Notes: generated from the letters alone by a model not told the origin. A stretch of DNA of 40,721 bases from an uncultured Eubacteriales bacterium (GCA_964526905.1 CAZGMN010000003.1:1-40721); one strand, 5' to 3'. Shown: positions 8,644 through 18,992, counted from the first letter of the stretch. A program made the numbers and translations.

Positions 8644-9537
8644 GTGGGAATCAAAGGAGTTATTACCAGCATACTTGTTCTTTTTGTTTCTCAATTTTGG
8701 CTGATGGGTCATGAACCAAATCTTTCGACTCCATACGGAAAGGGCAGCTGGCCTGAAAACATACCTCTTGAAGATATTTTCCTTCATTTGGCTCAGTATT
8801 GCGATAAATTCGGCGACTCTGCTCTGTTTTATAGATGCGACGAAGAGGTTGAGGAAACGATTAATACGCCGGCCAAAATCGTCAAGCCTGGCGGCTATAA
8901 TTTTAAGGGTCAAGTCGAAAAGAATAGGTTTGTCTATGATTATCAACTCGTTCGAAAGGGAGGGGAGATTCGCGAGAAAAGGATTCTCATTGAGGAAAAC
9001 GGAAAAAAGAGGAATGACCCGAATGCTCCGCTCAAGGTCAAAAGAACGCCTTATCACCATTTGATTGCCGGACCGATCGCTCTCTTCAGCAGCTATTGGC
9101 AACAATTCTTCGATTATAGAATCGAAGGGGAAGACAAGATTCATGGAGAGAAGGCTGTGGTCATCGAGGTGAGACCCAAACCGGGGCTTGAATTCGAAAA
9201 CCTCTATGGAAAAGCCTGGGTAAGGAAGAGTGATTTCAGCGTTCTGAAAATCGAGTACAGCCAAAAATCTATGAAGGATTATGAAGAGATCAGAGCCTCG
9301 GCCGAGAAGTCCGATCTTGTTCCTGAAATTACAATCGCCACGGAATTTGCCTTCGCGAAGAATGGCATTCGCTTTCCCAGTCTGTGTTCAATATCCGAGA
9401 ACTATACTGATAGCAGGCAAATTTGGAAATACAATAGGTCCAAACTCACCATTACCTATTCCAATTACCAATTTTTCACGGTGGAGACCGAGGTGATTAT
9501 AAAAAGATTTCCAGCCTCCAGTATTGACATATATTGA
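8644..9537 (+). CDS. Hypothetical exported protein (beta-rich)
   Basis: GGAG RBS, GTG start, N-terminal hydrophobic segment, GKAWV...DFSVLKIE beta pattern. Confidence 0.7.
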   Translation: MGIKGVITSILVLFVSQFWLMGHEPNLSTPYGKGSWPENIPLEDIFLHLAQYCDKFGDSALFYRCDEEVEETINTPAKIVKPGGYNFKGQVEKNRFVYDYQLVRKGGEIREKRILIEENGKKRNDPNAPLKVKRTPYHHLIAGPIALFSSYWQQFFDYRIEGEDKIHGEKAVVIEVRPKPGLEFENLYGKAWVRKSDFSVLKIEYSQKSMKDYEEIRASAEKSDLVPEITIATEFAFAKNGIRFPSLCSISENYTDSRQIWKYNRSKLTITYSNYQFFTVETEVIIKRFPASSIDIY

Positions 9538-9565
9538 TAAAAAAGGGTGCAAAACGCGATTGGCG

Positions 9566-10102
9566 ATGCGGAAGAGAAACGCTCAAGGTTTACTCCATCA
9601 GCCTTGGGAACGTTGTTCATTCTCCTCTTCGTCTTCCTGCCCTCTCTCCGCCCAGTCTAAGGCCCGGCCTGAAAAGCTCGGTGAGGACTGGTGGAAAGTC
9701 TGCTTTCATTTGATGTTGGCCTACAATTATCTCCAGTCCGGGCGTCCGGCAGATGTTTTGAAAGAGTGTGATGTGGCCTGGAAAATCGCTCAAGACTCGG
9801 ATGATGACCTGAGGTGGCAGAGGCGCACGCTGTATTATAAAGGCCGGGCCTTTCTTGCGATGAATTCAATCGGAGACGCACAGAAAGCGGCAAACGATCT
9901 CAAGGAATTGGTGGAAAAGGGTGCGAACAAAAAGGAAATGAGGCTTTACCATCATCTCCTTGGTCTCATTGAGCTGGAGAAAAAGAATTATTCAAAAGCC
10001 ATCGAGCATTACCAAAAGTTCCTCAAGCTCTGGAAAGACTCAGACCTTGGTTTTGCCGAGGTCGAGGACGCCAGGAAAAGACTCGCTGAGCTTGGAAAGT
10101 AA
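9566..10102 (+). pseudogene. Fragment of a TPR protein (C-terminal TPRs) fused to a frameshifted signal-peptide remnant
   Basis: TPR helices from ~9690 ending YQKFLKLWKDSDLGFAEVEDARKRLAEL. The hydrophobic stretch SALGTLFILLFVFLP lies in another frame. Confidence 0.55.
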
Positions 10103-10249
10103 AAAAAGAAAAGTTTTCTCGGAATGCCCCCTCAGCCGCACAACTTAGAAGAGATCCAATAGTTTCAAGGCCAACTGACACCCACAGCTTTATCGATGCG
10201 CATTCATCTAATGAGCAAGAAGCAGAAGACAAGGATGAATGGCTAATGT

Positions 10250-11488
10250 TTAGATAAGAATGGCTACAAAGACAAGGTAAAAGATGATAGAAAAGAGCGC
10301 TGCGGCAGGAAGGCTGATAAGCCAGGCTGAGAAGATTCTTTTAATGACACTTAAATCAATGGCCGAGATGCCTCGAGCCAATCCAACTCCCATGACATTT
10401 CCCACACAGACATGGGTTGTTGAGACCGGCAGGCCAAGGCGAGAGCAGAGAAGGACAGTGGTAGCTGTGCCAAACTCTGCCGCAAAGCCACGGGTGGGAG
10501 TGATGGAAGTGATTTTTTTTCCGACAGTCTCCATTACGCCTCGTCCCCAGATGTAAGTCCCAAAGGCAATTCCCAGTCCGCCCAAGGCCAGCAGCCAGAC
10601 AGGGATTCCGACTTTCATCTCGACCCGATGAGTTTGGTAAATGACGACAATTGCCGCTAAAGGACCGATGGCATTAGCCACATCGTTGGCGCCGTGGGAG
10701 AACGCTTCGAAACTGGCAGAGAGGACCTGCAATGAGCTTGACATCCTCTCAACCTGGAAATAGGGGTCGGTTTCCTTTTCCCTGTATCTTCTGAGAAGAA
10801 CAAATGCGGTCAAGAAGCCGGCAGACCCTACACCGAGAGAGATAAAGAACGCCCTGAAAAAAGGCAGGTTGAGATGCAAGTTTTCCAAGCCTTGATAGAT
10901 TGTAGCCAGAGAGAGGGTAAAGAACACTGCTCCGACGAAAAAAGGGCCAACCTTTTTTATCTGTTCAATCGGCCTGGGCGAACTCAGGATAGATTTTTTA
11001 ATGATGGAAAAAATTGTAAAAGAGATCATCCCGCCGAAGATAGGAGAGATAATCCAGCTGAGGACGATAAAGACAATCTCTTTCCAGCTTATTCCTGAAA
11101 AGCCGACGCTGATTAAGCCGAAACCTAACACTCCTCCGACAATAGCATGGGTCGTCGAAACCGGAAGCTTTAAGGAGGTTGCTATGTTCACCCAAAGGGC
11201 GGAGCCGAGGATAGCGGCCAGCATGCCGAGCATAAGCAGGGTCGGCTTATCAGCAAAATGAATGGGGTCGATGATATCTTTTCGAATTGTATTGGCCACA
11301 TGAGACCCGACGAGTAGTGCTCCAAGGAAATCGCAGCAGGCGGCAACCACAACTGCTTTTTTTATTGTCAGAGTCCCGGACGCCACAGATGTGGCCATGG
11401 CGTTGGCGACATCGTTAGCCCCGATATTGATCGCGCTGTAGAGTCCGGCGACGAGAGCAAAGACAAAGACAGCAAGATTAAGGTCCAT
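10250..11488 (-). CDS. pit: PiT family inorganic phosphate transporter
   Basis: Two GANDVAN signatures and two LPVSTTH motifs. Confidence 0.96.
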   Translation of the reverse strand: MDLNLAVFVFALVAGLYSAINIGANDVANAMATSVASGTLTIKKAVVVAACCDFLGALLVGSHVANTIRKDIIDPIHFADKPTLLMLGMLAAILGSALWVNIATSLKLPVSTTHAIVGGVLGFGLISVGFSGISWKEIVFIVLSWIISPIFGGMISFTIFSIIKKSILSSPRPIEQIKKVGPFFVGAVFFTLSLATIYQGLENLHLNLPFFRAFFISLGVGSAGFLTAFVLLRRYREKETDPYFQVERMSSSLQVLSASFEAFSHGANDVANAIGPLAAIVVIYQTHRVEMKVGIPVWLLALGGLGIAFGTYIWGRGVMETVGKKITSITPTRGFAAEFGTATTVLLCSRLGLPVSTTHVCVGNVMGVGLARGISAIDLSVIKRIFSAWLISLPAAALFSIIFYLVFVAILI

Positions 11489-11575
11489 CTCGTTTCAGTG
11501 CTTCCTTGGGCAGTCCATAATTTTCTTCGTCTTTGTCCTCCTTGAAAAGATTAAAGAAGCTTTACTCAGCCTGCC

Positions 11576-12250
11576 TCAAGACTTGTGGAGCATCACCCTC
11601 AGCCGGTCACCCACGTTTTCTGCATGATTGGCAAGCGTTCCCAGCTCCCTAAAAATCTGCAACCACATCATCACCGAGATTGGGTCCAATTTCTTCTCGA
11701 TGGAAAAAAGCTTCTTAGCCAGTCTCATCTGTGCCATGTCTGTTTCATGCTCTTCTTTCTTGAGCTGCTCGATGATATCCATGACTTTTTTTGCTTCACT
11801 CCCGCCGAATGATGTCTCGGCCAAGATTTTAATCTCACTCGAGACTTTCATCGCCGTTTCGCCGGTGAGAAGAACTTTGTCGGCAAGTTCTTTCAATTCA
11901 TCCTTCAATTCATCGGGCACTTTCATTTCCCTTAATGTCACCAGAACCGCCAGATCCTCTGCAGAGTCGGCGATTTTGTCCTGCTCTTTGAGAAAACTCA
12001 GGATGTCGCCTCTATCGACTGGGAGGAATATTCCTCTGGGCAGGTTGTTTCTGATTTCTTTTTTGACCAAGTCTGAATCGTGTTCAGCCTTGAAGATTTT
12101 CTCGGCGATCTCCTCCAGCTTCTTCCGGTCTCCTGCAATAAGAGCGTCGATGAGCGGCCCGACCAAGTCCACACACTCTTTCACTTTCAGCATATGCTGG
12201 TAGAGAGGCTCGAAAGGGGATTTTCCGAAGAGTCTGCTGATGATATTCAT
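11576..12250 (-). CDS. DUF47/TIGR00153 PhoU-like phosphate transport regulator
   Basis: FGKSPF, EH.D..K..IR..LP...FLPVDR.D, QD.IAD.AED. Lies directly upstream of pit. Confidence 0.92.
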   Translation of the reverse strand: MNIISRLFGKSPFEPLYQHMLKVKECVDLVGPLIDALIAGDRKKLEEIAEKIFKAEHDSDLVKKEIRNNLPRGIFLPVDRGDILSFLKEQDKIADSAEDLAVLVTLREMKVPDELKDELKELADKVLLTGETAMKVSSEIKILAETSFGGSEAKKVMDIIEQLKKEEHETDMAQMRLAKKLFSIEKKLDPISVMMWLQIFRELGTLANHAENVGDRLRVMLHKS

Positions 12251-12541
12251 CTTGCCACCTCACCTCTTTAAAGAATCAGAAGGAAATTATGCCTTTAATG
12301 TTTCTTTTTTTCAAACCTTTTTTACGGTCGACTCATCTGCCCAACCTTGACCGCAAAAAACCGAACATCCGGATTCTGGATGCTTGCAATTTTAATGAGA
12401 CTCTGGATTATCGGCCATTATTTTTATATAATCCCTGTGAAAAAAATAATACCAAGCTTTCTCAAGGGAACTCGGTGCGGGTTCTCTGCTGAAAAAAATT
12501 GTGTTTCTTCGACATAATATCGTTCAAGGGATGGAACAAAA

Positions 12542-13021
12542 ATGAATAAGGGCGATTTAATAAAACTCATCCTGAGCATCGTCATCTGCCAGGCCGCCGG
12601 CTTTATCGGCTCGTTGTTTACTTCTCGGTCGATTCCGACCTGGTACGCGAGCCTGAAAAGGCCGTCTTTTGCCCCTCCCAACTGGGTATTCTCCCCGGTT
12701 TGGATCACTCTCTTTGTCCTGATGGGGATTTCCCTTTATCTTGTCTGGCGCGCGCTGTCCAAGGGTCAAAACGTAAGAACAGCACTCATCCTCTTCGCCG
12801 TTCAGCTTGGGCTCAATATCCTCTGGTCGATCCTATTCTTCGGCCTTCAATCTCCCTTGGCGGCCCTGGTCGATATCGTCTTGCTCTGGGTGGCGATTGT
12901 CTTGACCATTGTTGTCTTTTTCAGAGTCTCTTCGGTTGCTGCTGTCTTGATGATTCCTTACGTCCTCTGGGTTAGTTTTGCGGCTGTGCTCAACTTCTTC
13001 TTCTGGAGGCTAAATCCCTGA
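12542..13021 (+). CDS. tspO: TspO/MBR tryptophan-rich sensory protein
   Basis: WYASLKRPSFAPPNWVFSPVW, LNILWSILFFG, PYVLWVSFAAVLN. Confidence 0.96.
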   Translation: MNKGDLIKLILSIVICQAAGFIGSLFTSRSIPTWYASLKRPSFAPPNWVFSPVWITLFVLMGISLYLVWRALSKGQNVRTALILFAVQLGLNILWSILFFGLQSPLAALVDIVLLWVAIVLTIVVFFRVSSVAAVLMIPYVLWVSFAAVLNFFFWRLNP

Positions 13022-13199
13022 AGATTACTTAGAGTCCGACTTTGGCGATGCTGTTCGTTTGTGAACACTCGTTGTATTGCCAGAGGACACTTTTTTAAAT
13101 TTCTTTTCTGTCATTACTCTCTAATAATTTATGTTGGCATATTTATTGCTGTAACTAATAGCGGTCATTATGATTAAAGCCTAATTGGAGGTAAACAGA

Positions 13200-14120
13200 A
13201 TGAGAAAAGGATTGGCAATTTTATTGCTCGTGTTATGTGTTCTCTTTTTCCTGACCGGAAGCGTCCAAGCCAAAGGCCTGATCAAAGGATGGAGTCTTAA
13301 GCTGAGCGGCGAATACGGCATGGCAAAAATTGGAGACCTCAACAGCTTTGGCCAGGGCCGGAATGATTACCTTGATGCCTATGCGAAGGAATTGAATCAG
13401 GCGTTGGGAGAGGAAGACAGAATAAAAAGAGAAGGAAAAATCAAGAATCTCGGAGCCGGAATTGACCTTGAAGGCGAGCTCATGCTGGATGTTTTTAATA
13501 ATTTTGCGTTCTCTGTCGGAGCCGGCTATATCCAGCGGAGCGTAAAAGGTGAGACAAGACTTCTTGATGGCGAAACTGAAATTTATAATGAGTCTTACGA
13601 CCCGGCAATAACCGCGCTTCCTGTTCAATTGAGCGTTTATTATTTTTACAATATATTGCCCTCGATGAAGCTCTTTTTTAAAGCGGGTGTTGGCTATTAT
13701 TTTGCTAAATCGACATCGACTTTTGCTCTGGACTTCCATCAGGCAGGGGAGAATCCGTACTGGGGGACTTATGAAGTGGATATTAGGGATCAAGGCATCG
13801 GATACCATGGCGGGTTCGGCTATGAATTCGACCTTGGTTCGCATCTTATCTTTTTTATAGAAGCGAGGGGGAGGTTCTGTAAGTTGAATAATTGGAAAGG
13901 AGACAGCAGCTATAATAACATTGATGGGGATGCAGCTAAAGTCTCGGGGACGATGTGGAATTTTGAAGTCTACCATGCCGATTTGGATGAGTATTATCCG
14001 CAGAATCAGATATCAGCAGAAGAGCCGGTAGAGGTAGACCCCGATATCCAAAATGTCAGGAAATTCGAAGCCGGTTTTTCTGGCGTTTCTTTAAAATTGG
14101 GTATAAGAATTAAGTTCTGA
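13200..14120 (+). CDS. Outer-membrane beta-barrel protein
   Basis: GGAGG RBS before ATG at 13200, signal peptide ending VQA, alternating strands, C-terminal LGIRIKF. Confidence 0.82.
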   Translation: MRKGLAILLLVLCVLFFLTGSVQAKGLIKGWSLKLSGEYGMAKIGDLNSFGQGRNDYLDAYAKELNQALGEEDRIKREGKIKNLGAGIDLEGELMLDVFNNFAFSVGAGYIQRSVKGETRLLDGETEIYNESYDPAITALPVQLSVYYFYNILPSMKLFFKAGVGYYFAKSTSTFALDFHQAGENPYWGTYEVDIRDQGIGYHGGFGYEFDLGSHLIFFIEARGRFCKLNNWKGDSSYNNIDGDAAKVSGTMWNFEVYHADLDEYYPQNQISAEEPVEVDPDIQNVRKFEAGFSGVSLKLGIRIKF

Positions 14121-14137
14121 GCTGAGCAGCCTTCCCA

Positions 14138-16831
14138 CTATTTTCCGCTCAAGCGGGGATGAAGCTTCAGGGTTTCGATGGCGTGATGGCCGACTCTTAT
14201 TTTCAGGCTGTTTTTCTGGGAAGGAATAGATTGGCCTTCTTCCTCGATGATGTTGACTAATTCGGCTTTCTCCACAGGAAAGAAAAGGCTGAGCTGAGCT
14301 TCAGAATCCTTTCCCTCGATATCAAAGCAGCGGACAATCACCGAATCGTCGTCCTCACATTTTTTTATAGTGCTGACCAGAACATTTTCTTCTGAGACGC
14401 TGAAGAAGCTCATTTCAGCGGGCAAGTGAGCTCCGCTCGCCGCAGCCGGGGCTGCGACCGCAAGAAGCGGGCTATTGGCCTGGATTCCCAGGCGATAGCC
14501 GTTTTCGACGCCAGGAGAATGCGAGAAGATTGAGAAGCGATAAAGATGGTCGCCTTCCTGAAGATACCAGTTTCCCTCACCGTGGCAGGAGCGGCGGGAG
14601 GCCAACAACACGGCCTGGAGAACAGGATATGAAGCCGCATTTTCTGTCGGATCCTGATAGTCGTTGACGGCGACGCTGGTGCTCATGGTCAGGCCGAGAT
14701 GGCCGTCGCTGACATTCAGGAAATTCTGAACTTCCCGCGGCCGAATCTGAGAGCAGAGCTCATCATAATTCAAGTCACCGTAGGCATGCCCGCCTCTGCC
14801 TTCAATCTCGCTCTTTCCAACCTCGACCACACCCATCGGCACTTGATAGGCAACTCTGCTTCCTTCTGCCCGGACAGGCAAAGCCAGGCGAAACTCCCTG
14901 TAGGGTGTCCCGTCCCAGTCCAGAATCGAAACTTCACAGTCAATCCGCTTGAGCTCTTGATAGATGATGAGTTTCTCTTTGATGTAGCAGTCTGAAAGCC
15001 TTTGCTTCAGGCTGAAGACGGCCTTGACCGGCCCTGATTCTGAGGGCTCAAATTTCCACAGGGTTTTATGAGCGCTGAGCTTGTCAAAGCCTTTCATCGT
15101 CGGCTGCTGAACTCTTCCAAACTCGCCTGCGCCGTTGCCCACTGACTGCATAGTGAAGATTTCAAAGCCGAGGAATTTCTCGCTGTTCAGAACATCAACC
15201 TTGAGCGACTTGTCAAAGATGCTCTTCACGCCGCCGGCTGCAAGCTCGATACGATAGAAATTGTTTTCATAAACATCTGCCGCAAGTATCGCCTCGGTTC
15301 TTGCAGCCTGCGGAGATTGCACTTCAGGCCTTGCAGCTTGTGGTCTTTTGTCTTCGACAAGATAAAAAGTCTTATAGCCGAGCGAAGGTATATCGCGGGC
15401 AATGAATTCGATGCGAATTTCGCCGGGCTCCTGGTCGGAGGCTGTTGGAAGAACCTGATAGGGGACGGATTTGCCCTGAGAGTCCTGGATGAGAAAATTC
15501 GGTGATTGGAGCTTGACCGTGAAGACGACCGGGTCGCTTCTCTTCCAGGAGAGGGAGTTAAATACGACAATTGGAATTCCTTGGGAAGACGATTTGACTT
15601 TGGCGGCAATGGATTCAAGGGCAGAGGCCAATATTTCTCGACCCGTATCGCGGGCAAACTCACACTTTTTCCTGAAGAGTTGGTCTGTGACCTGCCCCTC
15701 TTTTCCGCCCCAGCCGTGGTCAGGATAGATGGCTGCCATCCATACCTCCTCCAGAGCAGGCGATGGATAGTTTTCGAAACTGCCGCCAAGCAGCGAGCTG
15801 ACGGTGCTGAAGATTTCGGCGGCAGGAAGCACCACACCTGCTTCGCGCTGGGCAGAGATAGCCCAGTGATGGGTTGGGCCGTGGATGTAGAGCCAGAGGT
15901 TTGGCCTTTCTCCGCAAATTTCGACAAAATCAGGATTGCCTTTGGAGACGGCATCAAAGAATTGTCTGGATGATGAATATTGAATTTTTGATAATGATTT
16001 TCCGTCGCTCGCCTTGTGTTTTCCATTCCAGAAGTTGATCAAAGCGCTGAAGTCTGTTGGCCTCGAAAAGTCAAAAGAATTGAGCAGAGGAAATTCGGGG
16101 GGAATCCTCCGGCTTTGATAGTAAGAATTCCACTGGGCGAGTTTTTCAGAAAGGAGCTTGGCTCCATCGGCAGGCGCAGCATTCAGGATGGAGGAAGAGT
16201 TTGTATAGTGTCCGGGGGAATAGGCGATGACAGACGAACCATCAGGGCTTTGCCAGCGGTAAAGACCTTCGTGGTAGCGGCTGATAACCATGTAAGGAAT
16301 TCCGGCCTTGCTCAGAATCTGCTGCATCTGGAGAGCTCTTCCCGGGACATCGGGGTTGAAGTAGACTCTGGCATCGCAGCCCGGGAAGCTTGTCTTCAGC
16401 CATTTCCGTCCGAAGTAAGTCTGACGCACGAGCTGTTCGCCGCTGAGGAGTGATTCATAAGGCTGGTTAAAACTCGCGCCCCACTCCAATCGGCCCTCTT
16501 TGGTGAAGCGCAGGATTTCATCTTTCCGCTCAGGATGACGCTCGAGATACTCCATCAGATTGAGCATGTTTTCCATGATAAAACAGTAGTCAGCGGTCTT
16601 GGCCATCATCTCCAGCGCCGGAGTGATGCAATGGGTATCGCGGTATTCCCTGCAGGCCTGGGGGCTGTTCATCCAGGCAATATCCTGGTGGCTGGAGGAG
16701 ATGATATGGAGTCTTCCGCCTTTGAGCAAGTCGTCGCTTGCGCCAGGGCCTTTATCCCTTTGGCCTTCGCTCATTGTTGCTAAGGCGAAGCCCAGGAATG
16801 CCGTCAGAAGAGTTAACGCTAATCGTTCCAT
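14138..16831 (-). CDS. Secreted GH38-like glycoside hydrolase (alpha-mannosidase family)
   Basis: SSSHQDIAW, GEQLVRQ..G, PDVPG, VFNSLSWKRS, IPSLGY, IKKCEDDDSVIVR. Confidence 0.85.
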   Translation of the reverse strand: MERLALTLLTAFLGFALATMSEGQRDKGPGASDDLLKGGRLHIISSSHQDIAWMNSPQACREYRDTHCITPALEMMAKTADYCFIMENMLNLMEYLERHPERKDEILRFTKEGRLEWGASFNQPYESLLSGEQLVRQTYFGRKWLKTSFPGCDARVYFNPDVPGRALQMQQILSKAGIPYMVISRYHEGLYRWQSPDGSSVIAYSPGHYTNSSSILNAAPADGAKLLSEKLAQWNSYYQSRRIPPEFPLLNSFDFSRPTDFSALINFWNGKHKASDGKSLSKIQYSSSRQFFDAVSKGNPDFVEICGERPNLWLYIHGPTHHWAISAQREAGVVLPAAEIFSTVSSLLGGSFENYPSPALEEVWMAAIYPDHGWGGKEGQVTDQLFRKKCEFARDTGREILASALESIAAKVKSSSQGIPIVVFNSLSWKRSDPVVFTVKLQSPNFLIQDSQGKSVPYQVLPTASDQEPGEIRIEFIARDIPSLGYKTFYLVEDKRPQAARPEVQSPQAARTEAILAADVYENNFYRIELAAGGVKSIFDKSLKVDVLNSEKFLGFEIFTMQSVGNGAGEFGRVQQPTMKGFDKLSAHKTLWKFEPSESGPVKAVFSLKQRLSDCYIKEKLIIYQELKRIDCEVSILDWDGTPYREFRLALPVRAEGSRVAYQVPMGVVEVGKSEIEGRGGHAYGDLNYDELCSQIRPREVQNFLNVSDGHLGLTMSTSVAVNDYQDPTENAASYPVLQAVLLASRRSCHGEGNWYLQEGDHLYRFSIFSHSPGVENGYRLGIQANSPLLAVAAPAAASGAHLPAEMSFFSVSEENVLVSTIKKCEDDDSVIVRCFDIEGKDSEAQLSLFFPVEKAELVNIIEEEGQSIPSQKNSLKIRVGHHAIETLKLHPRLSGK

Positions 16832-16861
16832 TTTTTCCTCGCTTTATTTTGTTGACTCTTG

Positions 16862-17902
16862 TCATTTGTCCAGAATGGAAAGGTCTGGAGTCAGGAGCTT
16901 TTTAATTCCCGGCTCATTCATATTTTCTGGAGTGGCTAAGACGACGCCGGTGTCGATGTATTTTTCGTAGGCTTTCCCTTTTAAGCAGGAAACGGCTATC
17001 TGCAGACTCTTGTAACCCATCTGGAAAGGATCCTGAAGGATAAGCCCCAGGATTTCTCTTTTCTCCAGAGCCTCGATGAGCTTTTTTGAAGTGTCAAAGC
17101 CGATATGGATGACTTTTCCGGCAAGGCCGTGGTCTTGAAGAGCTCTCATGCAGCCGAAGGTTGTGGATTCGTTTGGGGTGAAAATCGCTTCGACTTCGCT
17201 GAACCTGGCCAGAAGGTTTTCGGTTGTCTGGTAGGCCGTTTCGGTGCTTGTGCCGGCATACTGGTTGTCGGAAAGGATCTTGACCTGAGGGAATTTCGAA
17301 CGGATTGTCTGCAGAAAGCCTTCTTCGCGTTTTGTGCTCCCCTCAACGCCCTCCTTGACCCGAATAAGAATCAAGTTTCCTCTTCCTTTGAGAAGAGAGC
17401 CGATATAATCCGCGGCAAGCACTCCGCCTTTATAGTTGTCTGTGGAGATATAGGCAAGGTGATGGTCTCCCTGAAGCGCCGAGTTGAAGATGATGGTTGG
17501 AATGCCGAGCCTTTTGGCCTCAACCACAGGACGGACGAGCGCCCGGTCATCGATGGGCGAGAGAACCAGGGCGCTGACGCCTGTATCGGCCATGGTCTCG
17601 ACGATTTGAACCTGCTCATTCCGGTCGTCTTCCTTGAGAGGCCCCTTCCAGATGATCTCGACTCCGAGCTCTCTCGAGGCAGTCAGCGCGCCGGCATGAA
17701 TGGCTTTCCAGAATTCATGGGTGGTTCCCATGGGAATGACGGCGATCGTCAGCTTTTTTTCCTCTTCCTGAGCCTTTCCTCCTGAGCCCTGGCAGGCGGA
17801 GAATAATATTCCAAGCGCCAGAAAAAGAGATGTTGCCAAAAAAAAGAACAGAAAATTCTTATGGCTCGAATAAACTCTTTTTTTTGTTAATGCGTATCTC
17901 GT
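16862..17902 (-). CDS. Sugar-binding lipoprotein, RbsB/PBP1 family
   Basis: GTTHEFWKAIHAGA, TDNYKGG, GFD, QDPFQMGY. Lipobox FSAC. Best start is an ACG at 17902, 7 nt after AAGGAG. Confidence 0.88.
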   Translation of the reverse strand, partial: TRYALTKKRVYSSHKNFLFFFLATSLFLALGILFSACQGSGGKAQEEEKKLTIAVIPMGTTHEFWKAIHAGALTASRELGVEIIWKGPLKEDDRNEQVQIVETMADTGVSALVLSPIDDRALVRPVVEAKRLGIPTIIFNSALQGDHHLAYISTDNYKGGVLAADYIGSLLKGRGNLILIRVKEGVEGSTKREEGFLQTIRSKFPQVKILSDNQYAGTSTETAYQTTENLLARFSEVEAIFTPNESTTFGCMRALQDHGLAGKVIHIGFDTSKKLIEALEKREILGLILQDPFQMGYKSLQIAVSCLKGKAYEKYIDTGVVLATPENMNEPGIKKLLTPDLSILDK

Positions 17903-17906
17903 TTTT

Positions 17907-18992
17907 TCACTCCTTCGTTCCTTTCTCAATCTCGGACCAAGTCTGAAAAACCGCCTCGATATTCTCCGGCTTGGCGCCAGGCCCAAACTCGCATTGGGCG
18001 ATAACGCCTCCATCAGAATAAAGATGAGTGTGAACCTCTTTAACTGCGCGGCGGACGTCATCGCGGCAGCCAAAGGCCAGAATGTGCTGGCGGTCGATCT
18101 CGCCCCAGAAAGTGATTTTCCCTCTGAATTTTTCGCCGAGCGATTTCACTCCCATGCAGAATAATTGAGAATTGAGGGCATGGACGCCGACCTCAATCAG
18201 CTCAGGGATGATATCAACGATACAGCCGTCCGAGTGGAAGAAGACATATTTTTTATAATGGCGGGCAATTTCCAAATAATCCTTGTATAAGGGTTTAAAG
18301 AGCTTCCGCCAGAGCTCTGGGGAGACAATCATTCCCTTCTGCGTCCCCCAGTCGTCCATGAGAGTCAGGGCATCAACGTCGGTCCGGGCCCAGGCCTCAG
18401 CTTCTTTGATGTAGAATTGATGCATACGGCGAATGAGCTCAAAGAGCTCTGGAGGCTGCTCGGCGAGGTCGAGGAGCAGGTTCATCGTCGTCCGAATAAA
18501 CTGGAGCCTCTCAAAAGGCCTGATCCAGGTTCCGGCCAGAACGAATCGTTTCTCGGCATGGCAAAAGCGGTTGATTTCCTCTCTGTTCAGTTTCAGGTAT
18601 TCGTCAGGGGTTTTGAGCTTTTCAAGGTCCTGCCAATTTTCAAGGAGCGGCTTGTTGACAATGCCGATTGTCCCGCTCTGCACATTTTCAAACCTACAGC
18701 CCCACTCGTCGATATAAACTCCTTTTTGATAGCGCTGAGGAGAATCGGTTAAGTCCCGGTTTCCAATCATTCGAGGGGCGGTGACAATGTCATCAGGAAA
18801 TTTTTTTTGAATGGCTCGAAGCTGGCTGGAATAATTCTTTTCGGCCCAGGGCAAAAACCAGAGCTGACGCGGAATTCTCTCCGGCCTGGCAAATTCCAAG
18901 GTCTTCTTGACTAAATCTCTCGACGTCAATTGCGGATGTGAACTTGCTTTTTGAGTCGCTGATGGCCACTGCGCTTTTCGTTTACTTGCCAC
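17907..18992 (-). CDS. Uroporphyrinogen decarboxylase/MtaA-CmuA superfamily protein
   Basis: DEWG, DDWGTQ, SPELWRKLFKP, FHSDG, FWGEIDRQ. Confidence 0.85.
   Translation of the reverse strand: MASKRKAQWPSATQKASSHPQLTSRDLVKKTLEFARPERIPRQLWFLPWAEKNYSSQLRAIQKKFPDDIVTAPRMIGNRDLTDSPQRYQKGVYIDEWGCRFENVQSGTIGIVNKPLLENWQDLEKLKTPDEYLKLNREEINRFCHAEKRFVLAGTWIRPFERLQFIRTTMNLLLDLAEQPPELFELIRRMHQFYIKEAEAWARTDVDALTLMDDWGTQKGMIVSPELWRKLFKPLYKDYLEIARHYKKYVFFHSDGCIVDIIPELIEVGVHALNSQLFCMGVKSLGEKFRGKITFWGEIDRQHILAFGCRDDVRRAVKEVHTHLYSDGGVIAQCEFGPGAKPENIEAVFQTWSEIEKGTKE

Noticed and set aside
13233-13976. Long antisense ORFs (also 8626-9264, 17105-17785, 24422-25132, 36432-37070, 38381-38956)
   Set aside because: They are shadows of well-supported genes on the opposite strand and have no motifs of their own.
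17903-18073. N-terminal extension of the sugar-binding protein
   Set aside because: It lies inside the URO-D-like gene and would bury the signal peptide.
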